This document shows positions 25,324-38,998 of a stretch of 64,000 nt of DNA, piece after piece. The notes beneath the pieces were generated by a model, which saw nothing but the letters and a program-made list of their open reading frames with translations, was not told the DNA's origin and ran no database searches. Source of the stretch: the human T2T-CHM13v2.0 reference genome, Homo sapiens; assembly GCF_009914755.1 (NCBI RefSeq), contig NC_060925.1. The stretch is one strand, 5' to 3'. Within the stretch, counting starts at the first letter, position 1. Each line of letters opens with the position of its first letter. Both the position numbers and the translations under genes were made by a program.

Positions 25324-26870
25324 CCTGCCACACTCTTATGAGCCCGAAGGGCAGCATATGCAGTTGCTAACCACTTTCCCAGTCCGGGGGGTTGTTACCC
25401 ATGAATGTACCCATCCTGGCACTTTGGTCAGTTCTCTTATCAAACAGAAAAGGCTTTACACTTTTGCCTGACTGCAGCAGGTATTTTTTGAACCGGAGCA
25501 CTTGGGTGGGACTGGGTTGCACAGCAACGTCCTTCTCCTGAATGACTTGCACTAAGTCTGTACATGACTGCCGACATTACTTGCTTAACTCCCACAACTC
25601 AGTAGGGGCACCGGGACTATAGGAAATGTGTTCCATCACAACTGGGGAGGGTCCCTGGGCTCACCCTTGGGGCCCAACAGCTGTCCATGCTCTATTTTCA
25701 GACGGATCACTGGGCAAGCCTGCAACAGAAGTTCTTCCTCCTCCCTGCACTGTGTCTCACAGGGATTGGGCGTGCACTTCCTGCAGCACAGTCACAAACG
25801 CCCATCTGACTCTGCTGGCAAAGGCATGTTCCTCCTTGGTGTTGTGCACCTCCAGGTACTTCAGGGCCTTCCCCATACTCATGGGGGCCCTGTCCATTGC
25901 CTCTCACATTTCCACTAGGGCCCATCCAAGCAGCACCACTGCCACTGGGTACCACACCTCATCCTGCCAATGTCACCAATTGTTAGATCCAGGGTCAGGG
26001 TCCAGCCCATGCTTAGGTCTGAGGGGAGTGGGTGGATAGCTGAAAGAACACTTCGGGCGGCCATGTGTAGGTGAAATATGGCTTTATTCAGTAGCTCTCT
26101 CATCAGCAGCTCTCTTACACTGTATGCTCTGTTTCAGCTGCTTGAGCCGGCCACTTCCATGCAGAGCTGCACGGCTGACTCTCCCTTGCTTTCAGGGTCA
26201 GCAGCTTAACTCTTTCTCTGGGCAAAAGCTGGTTCCTGGCTCCCACCTGCCTGCCTGCAAGACAGACATCTTTGGCTCTCTCTCTCTTTCTCTGGGTGCC
26301 AGTGTGCTGAGCCATGTTGAGCCATGCCCAAGAGCTGAGCCAAGCCATGTCCCCTGTGTACAGCATCAGCAGGACAATTATACCTTTTCAAACAACAGTG
26401 GCTCCAAGCCAGGTATGAGCTTACACAAACAGGTTATATAACAGGTGGAGTAAGCGCCTGCACCCTAAACTCTCTGAGTCACTCTAGCCCGGATGTCTGC
26501 CTCAGCCTACTGTTCACCAGAGCACATCCAGGTACCTTACAAGACCAGATTTCAATCAGGAAGTTCTTCACTCCAGCAAATGCACTATATATATTGAGTC
26601 AGAAAACAAATATGGGTCACTGAATGCTCAGAGCAGTGAAAATAGTTGACTGGAGCTGCAGCTCTTTGCAATTTAAGAGATAGAAGCTGCTCCAGATTAA
26701 TAATCAGGGAAGGTAGACAGAATTTTGCAGAGCTTTATATTCAATTATTTATTTAACAAATATTTGAGTCTTGCTATGTGCCAAATACTGTGCTGGACAC
26801 TAAACATAGAACAGTCAATAAAATAGACAAAATCACTGCCCTCGAGGAGCTTAACCACCTAGCATGATGA

Positions 26871-27464
26871 TGTCAGAGGTGTTTAAACCAGAGCAATTCC
26901 ATCTTGAATAGGCCCTGGATAAAATAGGGCTGAGATCTACTAGGATGCATTCCCAGGAGGTTAAGACATTCTAAGTCACAGGATGAGACAGGAGGTCGGC
27001 ACAAGATACAGGTCATAAAGACCTTGCTGATAAAACAGGCTGCATTAAAGAAGCCGGCCCAAACCCACCAAAATCAAAAGGGTGACAAGAGTGACTTCTG
27101 ATAGTCCACTGCTACACTCCCACCAGCGCCATGACAGTTTACAGATGCCATGGCAACACCAAGAAGTTACCCTATATGGTCTAAAAAGAGGAGGAACCCT
27201 CAGCTACAGGAATTGCCCAACCCTTTCCCAGAAAACTCATGAATAATCCATCCCTTGTTTAGCATATAATCAAGAAATAACCATAAAAATGGGCAACCAG
27301 CAGCCCTTGGGGCTGTTCTGCCTATGGAGTAGCCATTCTTCATTTCTTTACTTTCTTAATAAACTTGCTTTCATCTTACTCTATGGATTTGCCTCGAATT
27401 CTTTCTTGAGTGAGATCCAAGAACCCTCTCTTGGGGTCTGGATTGGGACCCCTTTCCAGGAACA
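26871..27464 (+). mobile_element. MER41 solo LTR
   Basis: tgtcagaggtgtttaaaccagagcaattccatcttg...gacccctttccaggaaca; TSD atga/agga; GAS motif TTCCCAGAA at 27225-27233. Confidence 0.9.
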
Positions 27465-27486
27465 AGGAGACTAAAAATAAACATCT

Positions 27487-28119
27487 TGTGAAGGAAAAAT
27501 AAATCTCAGGATCCCAAGATCACTAAGCCAAAGGGAAAAGTCAAGCTGGGAACTGCATCAGGCAAACCTGCCTCCCATTTTATTCCTAAATAAGATAGTT
27601 ACAAAGATAAAAAAGCCACATACCTCCTTCATGATTTGACCACTACGAAATTCCTTGTGAGCCTCAAGATCTTTACCCTAAAAGGGTTCTGTTGAGTTTT
27701 ACCCTGACAATGTAAATTGATAGCTTATCCTCACAGGTAGGACGAAGGACAGAACTCTAAGTCATCGCTCTGCTCACCTGAGACAAATGCATATCTGATT
27801 GCTTCCTCTGATGTAAAAATGCAGATTTACTGAGCTAGACTCTTTTTCTACCCCCACCCTCATCATGTGTAAATTTTGTATTCGGTGAAAGGCTGCTCAA
27901 AAATCAAAAGTACACAACTGTTTGTCTCTTATTTATCCACACCTTTAAGAATTTTCTTCCTCTTTCCCCAATAGCTGCCCTTTCCCCTTTAAATATGGAA
28001 GCCCTCAAGGTCATCTTCAGAGAAAGGCACAGAGCTGCCTCCCAGGCACACATCCTTAACCATGGCAAAGAAAACTTTCTAAATTTATTGAGACCTGTCT
28101 CAGATATTTTTGGTTTACA
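27487..28119 (+). mobile_element. MER4-family solo LTR
   Basis: tgtgaaggaaaaataaatctc...gggaaaagtcaagctgggaactg...tttttggtttaca; perfect 4-bp TSD atct. Confidence 0.85.
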
Positions 28120-28187
28120 ATCTTAAATAAGTAACTTGTATAATGTATTAGAAGGTGATAAGTACTACGGAGAAAATCAAGCAAAGA

Positions 28188-28676
28188 TGTAGTAGCCAAC
28201 CTCCAAGATGGCCCCCAGTTCCTCACCTCCTGGAAACACACCTTGTATTTCTTCCCACATTTAATGGAGCTGGCCTGTGAGAACAATAGGATCTGGCAGA
28301 AGTAATGGTGTATGACTTCCAAGGCTAGATTATAAAAGATATTGCAGCTTCTGCCTAGCTGTCTTAGATTGTTTGTTCTGGGGAAAGCCAGCTGCCATGT
28401 CATGAGGCACACTCAAGCATTCTTGGGAGAGGTCTGTGTGGGGAGAACTGAGGCCTTCTGCCAACAGCCATGTGAATAAGCCATCTTGGAAGCCAATCCT
28501 CTATCCTGGCTGACATGTGACTATAACCTGATAGGAGATCCTGAGCCAGAACCATTCAGCTAAAGCACTCCCTAATTCCTAACCCACAGAAACTGTGCAA
28601 GATAATAAATGTCTGTTGTTATTTAAGCTATTAAGTTTGAGGGTAATATGTTATACAGCAATAGTTAATGAATACA
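28188..28676 (+). mobile_element. MLT1F-like MaLR LTR
   Basis: tgtagtagccaacctccaagatggccccca...ttatacagcaatagttaatgaataca; TSD aaaga/aaagg. Confidence 0.85.
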
Positions 28677-30158
28677 AAAGGGACCAGGAGTGACAACGAG
28701 GTGAGGTGGGGGGTGAAATTTTAAATTGGATGATCAGAGTGGTCCTCACTTAAAAGGTGACATGAGCAGAGATTTAATAGCGGTCTGGGAGCTAGGCATG
28801 CCCATATCCGGGGGAAAGCATCCCAGGCAAAGGAAAAAGCCAGTGCAAAGCCCTGAGGAGACAGCCTGCCCAGATTTGAGGAACAGTAAGGACAGTGTGC
28901 TGGAGTGAAGAAAGGAGGGAGAAAAGTCAGAGATGAGTCTGAAAAGGTCAAGAGGGGAAGGACAGTGGCCGATCATGAGAAATGGCTATTGGATTGAGCT
29001 CCATAGAAGTCACTGTTGACCTTGACAAAAGTAGTTTCAGTGAAATGAAGGAGATGAACGCCTGCTTGGAGTGGGTTTACAACATAATGGAAAAAAGGAA
29101 TTGAAGGCAGCCACTCTTTCAAGGAGTTTTGCTGTAAAGAAAAGAGAAATCAGATGCAGCTACAGAAGAAAGTGGGGTCAAGAAAAGATTTATTTTTCAG
29201 ACGGGAGAAATAATAGCATGTGGGCAAGCTAATGAGAACGATGCAGTGATGATAGATGATAAAGAGACAAAGATAAGGAAAATTGCTAAGCAATATCCTT
29301 GAGTAGGTGAAAGGGGATGGGATTGAAGACAGAGGCAGAAGAGTCAGACTTAAAGAGGAGACAGAGGGTTCATCTGTGTTAGAAGCAGAAAGGCAAGAGT
29401 ATATGGGACAGATATTGTAGGAGAGTAGATGTAGCGGTAGGAGGCTATGGCAGTTCTTGTCTGATTATTTATCTTTGCTTATTGGAGGAAGTCAAAGATT
29501 TTCCTGGCAATATACTGATAGAAACTGTGCATAAAATGAACCTCTAGCCAGTACATAAGAAAGACAGAAAATAAAAGTCCCAGGAGAGGAAAAACGTACC
29601 TCAGCATAGCCTGTTGTTTAGAAAAAATGGCATGGCACACAGGAGGGAATCTATAGAACTAGAATAAGAGAATTATGAATTTGACCAGAACACTGGTAAT
29701 TCTCTTGCCAGACCTAAGGATTTTTATCAGTTCTTTAGCATGTCTACTTTATATCCTTTATAATTTGTGTATGCATTTATGTGTGACTTAGCCATATGGT
29801 AAAGATATAAAATTCTAACTCCAGAATATGGGCTCAATTATTCTTAATTAATTCAGCCATCTTCATAAGGTTCCAAGGTAAAAAGATACTTTTCTTATAG
29901 AGAGGGATCTGGATTGGATGGACCTTACACAACTTTTGAAGTGGTTCAAAGGTGCCCAAAGTGGTCAGAACCAGCAAAGACAGAGAATCCCTTGAGGTTT
30001 TTCCAGGAGGGCATACTATATTGTATATCATCACTCAATGTTATATTCAAAATCATTCCTCCACTTATACCCAGTGTCCCTAAATTGAATTGGTACATGT
30101 GTCTATCCCTTTCCTCCAGGTAAAATGTTTCAGTGTGGAACTTTAAAAGGCATCTCTC

Positions 30159-30455
30159 AGAACGACGGTTCAGAATGATGGTTAGCAAAAGACCACAAGG
30201 ACAGAAAACCAAACACTGCATGTTCTCACTCGTAGGTGGGAATTGAATAATGAGAACACTTGGACGCAGGGTGGGGAACATCACACACCAGGGCCTGTTG
30301 TGGGGTGGGGGGAGGGGGGAGGGATAGCATTAGGAGAAATACCTAATGTAAATGATGAGTTAATGGGTGCAGCACAATAACATGGCACATGTATACATAT
30401 GTAACAAACCTGCACGTTGTGCACATGTACCCTAGAACTTAAAGTATAATTTTAA
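30159..30455 (+). mobile_element. 5'-truncated L1PA 3' end with a short inverted 5' piece
   Basis: L1PA 3' UTR; TSD aaaa(t)ggcatctctc at 30145-30158 and 30456-30470. Confidence 0.9.
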
Positions 30456-31625
30456 AAAATGGCATCTCTCTTACTATCTACAATTATTACAGCAGGCAGT
30501 CATTAGCTCCAATTGGTCTCGTCTCCCTTGAGGCTTATAAGGCCCCTATTCAAACAGAACCAGTGGCGGGGTACCCTGCATACTCCGACATGCTTTGATA
30601 TGCTTGAGCTCCCTAAACAGGAAGGCTGACTTAGCTCCTCCATCCTAGGCTCTCCCTACCTCCCCTTTGTTCCATAAACTGAGGGGAGACTATTTCTCTC
30701 TTTTTTTTTTTTATTATGACCCATCTAGGAAAAGTTAAATAGCCTGCTGATTTTCCCTAAACATCATGAGTTATTTTCAAGTCTCTTTAGGTGGCACTGG
30801 GGGAGGTTGGTGGAGAAAGTGGCAGAGGGAGTGTTTGACTAATGTTTGAGAAATGTACTACAACAAAGAGATTTTCTTAAAAAATTAGATTCCTTCTGTA
30901 TGTGATTTTCATTCAAACACAAAGCTTCTCTTTATTTAAGAAAAAATCCTTATTGTACTAACACTGTGCATTACCAAAGCCCTCAAATTAAATTATAAGA
31001 GAACTGAGAAAATCAGGCTATTAAAATATTTGAGTTATTTACTGAAGTTGAGTGAGGAGAAAAAAAAGACTGTTCCAGCTTCCCCCTACCTCCTACCCAC
31101 TACCTTGCTTCTCTCTTCCCCTCCCTCTCTCTCTTTCTGTCACCTTCACTCTCTCTGTCTCTCTCTCAGTCCTACTCTGACAGGGGAAATAGCTTTTGGA
31201 GAATGGCACGAGGGGCCCTTGGGAACAGGGTCCTGCCACGACTTTAAGTGACTGCCATGAGGACCCTGTTCTACTCCTCCTTTTCATGACATTCCAATTG
31301 GAATCACTCAGCCCATAGGCACTGCATTCCTACTATGTCCAAAGCACTATGATCTATAATTTGAGAGGAGAGGCTTAAAGAGTTGAAGACAATAGTCTCT
31401 TTATAAAGAGAAATCATATGTGAAATAAGTACTGCACCAGATTTAACAAGTCTTTAAGTATAAACACCATATTGTGTTAAAGGAGAAGGGAAGAAAGAGG
31501 GATGGAGAAGAACTAAGATTTATAAATTGCCTCCCATTTGCCAGGCACACTGTGCTAGAGGATTCACATATGATTTCTCATGTACTCTCCAAAACATGAT
31601 ACAGATACAGAACCCACCCATTTCT

Positions 31626-31828
<203 letters not shown>

Positions 31829-33251
31829 CGGTGGTCCCACACCCACACAGCCTTGCTCACTGCTAGTGCAGCAGTCTGAGATCCACCTGCGAGGCAGCAG
31901 CCCAGCAGGGAGAGGGGCATCCGCCATTGCTGAGGCTTGAGTAGGTAAACAAAGTGGCCAGGAAGCTTGAACTGGGCAGAGCCCACCACAGTTCAGCAAG
32001 GCCTGTGTCTCTGTAGACTCCACCTCTGAGGGCAGGGCATAGCTGTACAAAAGGCAGCAGAAACTTCTGCAGACTTAAACGTCTCTGTCTGAGAGCTCTG
32101 AAGAGAGCAGTGGTTCTCCAGCACAGCGGTTGAGCTCGGAGAATGGACAGACTGCCTCATCAAGTGGGCCCCTGACCCCCGTGTAGCCTGACCCCCTCCC
32201 AGTAGGGGCCAACTGACACCTCATACAGGCGGGTGCCCTTCTGTGATGAAGCTTCCAGAGGAAGGATCAGGCAGCAATATTTGCTGTTCTGCAATATTTG
32301 CTGTTCCGCAGCCTCTGCTGGTGATACCCAGGCAGACAGGGTCTGGAGTGGACCTCCAGCAAACTCCAATAGACCTGCAGCTGAGGGACGTGACTGTTAG
32401 AAGGAAAACTAACAAACAGAAAGGAAAAGCACCAACATCAACAAAAAGGACATCCACACCAAAACCCCATCTGTAGGTCACCAACATCAAAGACCAAAGG
32501 TAGATAAAACCACAAAGATGGGGAGAAACCAGAGCAGAAAAGCTGAAAATTCTAAAAACCATAGCACCTCTTCTCCTCCAGAGGGCTGCAGCTCCTCGCC
32601 AGCAATGGAACAAAGCTGGATGGAGAATGACTTTGATGAGCTGACAGAAGTAGGCTTCAGAAGGTTGGTAATAACAAACTTCTCTGAGCTAAAGGAGGAT
32701 GTTCAAACCCATCGCAGGGAAGCTAAATCCTTGAAAAAAGATTAGACGAATGGCTAACTAGAATAAACAGTGTAGAGAAGATTTTAAATGACCTCATGGA
32801 GCTGAAAACCATAGCATGAGAACTACATGACGCATGCACAAGCTTCAATAGCTGATTCAATCAAGTGGAAGAAAGGGTATCTATGATTGAAGATCAAATT
32901 AATGAAATAAAGTGAGAAGAGAAGTTTAGAGAAAAAAGAGTAAAAAGAAATGAACAAAGCCTCCAAGAAATATGGGACTATGTGAAAAGACCAAATCTAC
33001 ATTTGATGGGTGTACCTGAAAGTGATGGAGAGAACGGAACCAAGTTGGAAAACACTCTTCAGGATATAATCCAGTAGAACTTCCCGAACCTAGCAAGGCA
33101 GGCCAACATTCAAATTCAGGAAATACAGAGACCACCACAAAGATACTCCTTGAGAAGAGCAACCCCAAGACACATAATTATCAGATTCTCCAAGGTTGAA
33201 ATGAAGGAAAAAATGTTAAGGGCAGCCAGAGAGAAAGGTCAGGTTACCCAC

Positions 33252-34274
33252 TGTAGGGAAAAGAAAGAGAGATCAGACTGTTACTGTGTCTATGTAGAAA
33301 GGAAAGACATAAGAGACTCCATTTTGAAAAAGACCTGTACTTTGAACAACTGCTTTGCTAAGATATTGTTAATTTGTAGCTTTGCCCCAGCCACTTTGAC
33401 CCAACCACTTTGTTCCAATCTGGAACTCACAAAAACATGTGTTGTATGAAATCAAGGTTTAAGGGATCTAGGGCTATGCAGGACATGCCTTGTTAGCAAA
33501 ATGTTTACAAGCAGTATGCTTGGTAAAAGTCATCGCCATTCTCTAGTCTCAATAAACCAGGGCACAATGCACTGCGGAAAGCCACAGGGACTTCTGCCCT
33601 TGAAAGCGGGGTATTGTCCAAGGTTTCTCCCCATGTGATAGTCTGAAATGGCCTTGTGGGATGAGAAAGACCTGACCGTCCCCCAGCCCGACACCCATAA
33701 AAGGTCTGTGCTGAGGTGGATTAGTAAAAGAGGAAAGCCTCTTGCAGTTGAGATAGAGGAAGGCCACTGTCTCCTGCCTGCCTGGGAACTGAATGTCTCG
33801 GTATAAAACCCGATTGTACATTTGTTCAATTCTGAGATAGCAGAAAAACCGCCCTATGGTGGGAGGTGAGACATGTTTGCAGCAATGTTGCCTTGTTATT
33901 CTTTACTCCGCTGAGATGTTTGGGTGGAGAGAAACATAAATCTGGCTTACGTGCACGTCCAGTCATAGTACCTTCTCTTGAACTTAATTATGACATAGAT
34001 TCTTTTGCTCACATGTTTTTTGCTGACCTTCTCCTTATATCACCCTGCTCTCCTACTACATTCCTTTTTGCTGAAATAATGAAAATAATTATCAATAAAA
34101 ACTGAGGGAACTCAGAGACCAGTGCCGGTGCAGGTCCTTAGTATGCTGAGCGCCGGTCCCCTGGACCCACTCTTGTTTCTCTACACTTTGTCTCTGTGTC
34201 TTATTTCTTTTCTCAGTCTCTTGTCCCACCCGACTAGAAATACCCACAGGTGTGGAGGGGCAGGCCACCCCTTC
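33252..34274 (+). mobile_element. HERV-K(HML-2) LTR5A solo LTR inside L1 ORF1
   Basis: tgtagggaaaagaaagagagatcagactg...ggcaggccaccccttc, ~1023 bp; L1 ORF1 is continuous across it; the 3' terminus and TSD are degraded. Confidence 0.92.
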
Positions 34275-34297
34275 CTACAAAGGGAAGCCCATCAGAT

Positions 34298-34358
34298 TAA
34301 CAGCAGATCTCTCAGCAGAAACTCTATAACAGCAGATCTCTCAGCAGAAACTCTATAA
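34298..34358 (+). repeat. Perfect 29-bp tandem duplication in L1 ORF1
   Basis: taacagcagatctctcagcagaaactcta twice, at 34298-34326 and 34327-34355. Confidence 0.95.
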
Positions 34359-35676
34359 GCCAGAAGAGAGCAGGGGCCAATATTCAACATTCTTAAAGAA
34401 AAGAATTTTTAACCCAGAATTTCATATCCAGCCAAACTAAGCTTCATACGTGAAGAAGAAATAAAATCTTTTACAGACAAGCAAATGCTGAGAGAATTTG
34501 TCAACACGAGTCCTGCCTTACAAGAGCTCCTGAAGGAAGCACTAAACATGGAAAGGAACAACTGGTACCAGCCACTGCAAAAACAAGCCAAATTGTAAAG
34601 ACCATCGAAGCTAGGAAGAAACTGCATCAACTAATGAGCAAAATAAGCAACTAACATCATAATGACAGGATCAATTTCACACATAACAATATTAACCTTA
34701 AATGTAAATGGGCTAAATGCCCCAATTAAAAGACACAGACTGGAAAATTGGATAAAGGCCCATCAGTTGGCTGTATTCAGGAGACCCATCTCACGTGCAG
34801 AGACACACATAGGCTCAAAATAAAGGGATGGAGGAAGATCTACCAAGCAAATGGAAAACAAAAAATGGCAGGGGTTGCAATCTTAGTCTCCGATAAAACA
34901 GACTTTAAACCAACAAAGATCAAAAGAGACAAAGAAAGCCATTATATAATGGTAAAGGGATCAATTCAACAAGAAGAGCTAACTATCCTAAATATATATG
35001 CACCCAATACAGGAGCACCCACATTCATAAAGCAAGTCCTTAGAGACCTACAAAGAGACTTAGACTCCCACACAATCATAATGGGAGACTTTAACACCCC
35101 ACTGTCAATATTAGACAGATCAACAAGACAGAAGGTTAACAAGGATATCCAGGAAAGCAGACCTAATAGACATCTACAGAACTCTCCATCCCAAATCAAC
35201 AGAATAAACATTCTTCTCAGCACCACATCACACTTATTCCAAAATTTACCACATAGTTGGAAGTAAAGAACTCCTCAGCAAATGTAAAAGAACAGAAATC
35301 ACAACAAACTGTCTCTCAGTCCACAGTGCAATCAAATTAGAACTCAGGATTAAGAAACTCACTCAAAACCACACAACTACATGGAAACTGAACAACCTGC
35401 TCCTGAATGACTACTGGGTAAATAGTGAAATGAAGGCAGAAATAAAGATGTTCTTTGAAACTAATGAGAACAAAGACACATTGTACCAGAATCTCTGGGA
35501 CACATTTAAAGCAGTGTGTAGAGGAAAATTTATAGCACTAAACGCCCACAAGAGAAAGCAGGAAAGATCTAAAATCAACATCCTAGAATCACAATGAAAA
35601 GAACTAGAGAAGTAAGAGCAAACAAATTCAAAAGCTAGGAGAAAGCAAGAAATAACTAAGATCAGAGTAGAACTGA

Positions 35677-35901
<225 letters not shown>

Positions 35902-38669
35902 TAGAAAATGTAGAAGAAATGGATAAATTCCTGGACACATACACCCTCCCAAGACTAAATCAGGAAGAAGTTGAATCTCTGAATAGACTAATAACAGGCT
36001 CTGAAATTGAGGCAATAATTAATAGCCTACCAACCAAAAAAAGTCCAGGACCTGACAGATTCACAGCTGAATTCTACCAGAGGTACAAAGAGGAGCTGGT
36101 ACCATTCCTTCTGAAACTATTCCGGAAAATCAACAGAAAAAGAGGGAATCTTCCCTAACTCATTTTATGAGGCCAGCATCATCCTGATACGAAAGCCTGG
36201 CAGAGACACAACAAAATAAGAGAATTTTAGAACAATATCCCTGATGAATATTGATGCGAAAATCCTCAATAAAATACTGGCAAACCGAATCCAGCAGCAC
36301 ATCGAAAAGCTTATCCACCACGATCAAGTTGGCTTCCTCCCTGGGGTGCAAGGCTGGTTCAACATATGCAAATCAATAAACATAATCCATCACAGAAACA
36401 GAACAAACAACAAAAACCACATGATTATCTTAATAGATGCAGAAAAGGCCTTCGACAAAATTCAACAGCCCTTCATGCTAAAAACTCTCAATAAACTAGG
36501 TATTGATGGAATGTATCTCAAAATAATAAGAGCTATTTATGATGAAGCCACAGCCAATATAATACTGATTGGGCAAAAACTGGAAGCATTTCCTTTGAAA
36601 ACTGGCACAAGACAAGGATGCCCTCTTTCGCCACTCCTATTCAACATAGTGTTGGAAGTTCTGGCCAGGGCAATCAGACAAGAGAAAGAAATAAAGAGTA
36701 TCCAATTAGGAAAAGAAGAAGTCAAATTGTCCCAAATTGTTTGCAGATGACATGATTGTATATTTACAAAACCCCATCGTCTCAGCCCAAAATCTCCTTA
36801 AGCTGATAAGCAACTTCAGCAAAATCTTAGGATACAAAATCAATGTGCAAAAATCACAAGCATTCCTATACACCAATAACAGACAAACAGAGAGTCAAAT
36901 CATGAGTGAACTCCCATTCACAGTTGCTACAAAGAGAATAAAATACCTAGGAATCCAACTTACAGGGGATGTGAAGGAACCATTCAAGGGGAACTACAAA
37001 CCACTGCTCAACAAAATAAAAGAGGACACAAACAAATGGAAGAACATTCCAGGCTCATGGATAGGAAGAATCAATATCATGAAAATGGTCATACTGCCCA
37101 AGGTAATTTATAGATTCAATGCCGTCCCCATAAAGCTACCAATGACTTTCTTCACAGAATTGGGAAAAACTACTTTAAAGTTCATATGGAACCAAAAAAG
37201 AGCCCACATTGCCAAGACAATCCTAAGCAAAAAGAACAAAGCTGGAGGCATCATGCTACCTGACTTCAAACTATACTTCAAGGCTACAGTAACCAAAACA
37301 GCATGGTACTCGTACCAAAACAGAGATATAGATCAATGGAACAGAACAGAGGCCTCAGAAATAACACCACACCACACATCTACAACTGTCTGATCTTTGA
37401 CAAACATGACAAAAACAAGAAATAGGGAAAGGATTCCCTATTTAATAAATGGTGCTGGGAAAATGGGCTAGCCATATGTAGAAAGCTGAAACTGGATCCC
37501 TTCCTTAAACCTTATACAAAAATTAATTCAAGATGGATTAAAGACTTAAATGTTAGACCTAAAACCATAAAAACCCTAGAAGAAAACCTAGGCAATACCA
37601 TTCAGGACATAGGCATGGGCAAGGACTTCATGTCTAAAACAACAAAAGCAATGGCAACAAAAGTCAAAATAGACAAATGGAATCTAATTGAACTAAAGAG
37701 CTTCTGCACAGCAAAAGAAACTACCATCAGAGTGAACAGGCAACCTAGAGCATGGGAGAAAATCTTTGCAATCTATCCATCTGACAAAGGGCTAATATCC
37801 AGAATCTACAAGGAACTTAAACAAATTTACAAGAAAAAAACAAACAACCCCATCAAAAAGTGGGCAAAGGATATGAACAGACACTTCTCAAAAGAAGACA
37901 TTTATGCTGCCAACAGACAGATGAAAAAATGCTCATCATCACGGTCATCAGAGAAATGCAAATCAAAACCACAATGAAATACCATTTCACACCAGTTAGA
38001 ATGGCGATCATTAAAAAGTCAAGAAACAGCAGATGCTGGAGAGGACTTGGAGAAATAGGGATGCTTTTACACTGTTGGTGGGAGTGTAAACTAGTTCAAC
38101 CACTGTGGAAGACAGTGTGGTGATTCCTCAAGGATCTAGAACTAGAAATCCCACTTGACCCAGCGATCTCATTATTGGGTATACACCCAAAGGATTATAA
38201 ATCATGCTGCTATAAAGACACATGCACACGTATGTTTATTGCAGCACTACTCACAATATCAAAGACTTGGAACCAACCCAAATGTCCATCAATGATAGAC
38301 TGGATTAAGAAAATGTGGCACATATACACCATGGAATACTATGCAGCCATAAAAAAGGATGCATCCATGTCCTTTGCAGGGACATGGATGTGGCTGGAAA
38401 TCATCATTCTGAGCAAACTGTCACAAGGACAGAAAACCAAACACCTCATGTTCTCACTCATAGGTGGGAATTGAATAATGAGAAGACTTGGACACAGGGC
38501 GGAGAGCATCACACCCAGGGGCCTGTTGTGGGGTTGGGGGCAGGGGGAGGGATAGCGTTAGGAGAAATACCTAACGTAAATGACGAGTTAATGGGTGCAG
38601 CAAACCAACATGGCACATGTATACCTATGTAAAAACTTGCATGTTGTGCACATGTACCCTAGAATTTAA

Positions 38670-38998
<329 letters not shown>

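Larger units (their letters stand above)
24008..26541 (-). mobile_element. Internally deleted HERV-S/HERVL18 provirus: 5' LTR18 at 25981-26541, 3' LTR18 at 24008-24562, ~1.4 kb internal
   Basis: Two direct ~555-bp LTRs; TSD agatc/agacc; Ser-tRNA-like PBS tggtgacattggcaggat after the 5' LTR; polypurine tract agggggtggag at 24563-24573; gag and RNase H remnants. Confidence 0.85.
26742..29480 (-). mobile_element. L2a interrupted by three LTRs
   Basis: Antisense L2 tail atttaacaaatatttgagt...tatgtgccaaatactgtgctgg; L2 sequence resumes at 27465-27486, 28120-28187 and after 28677. Confidence 0.75.
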
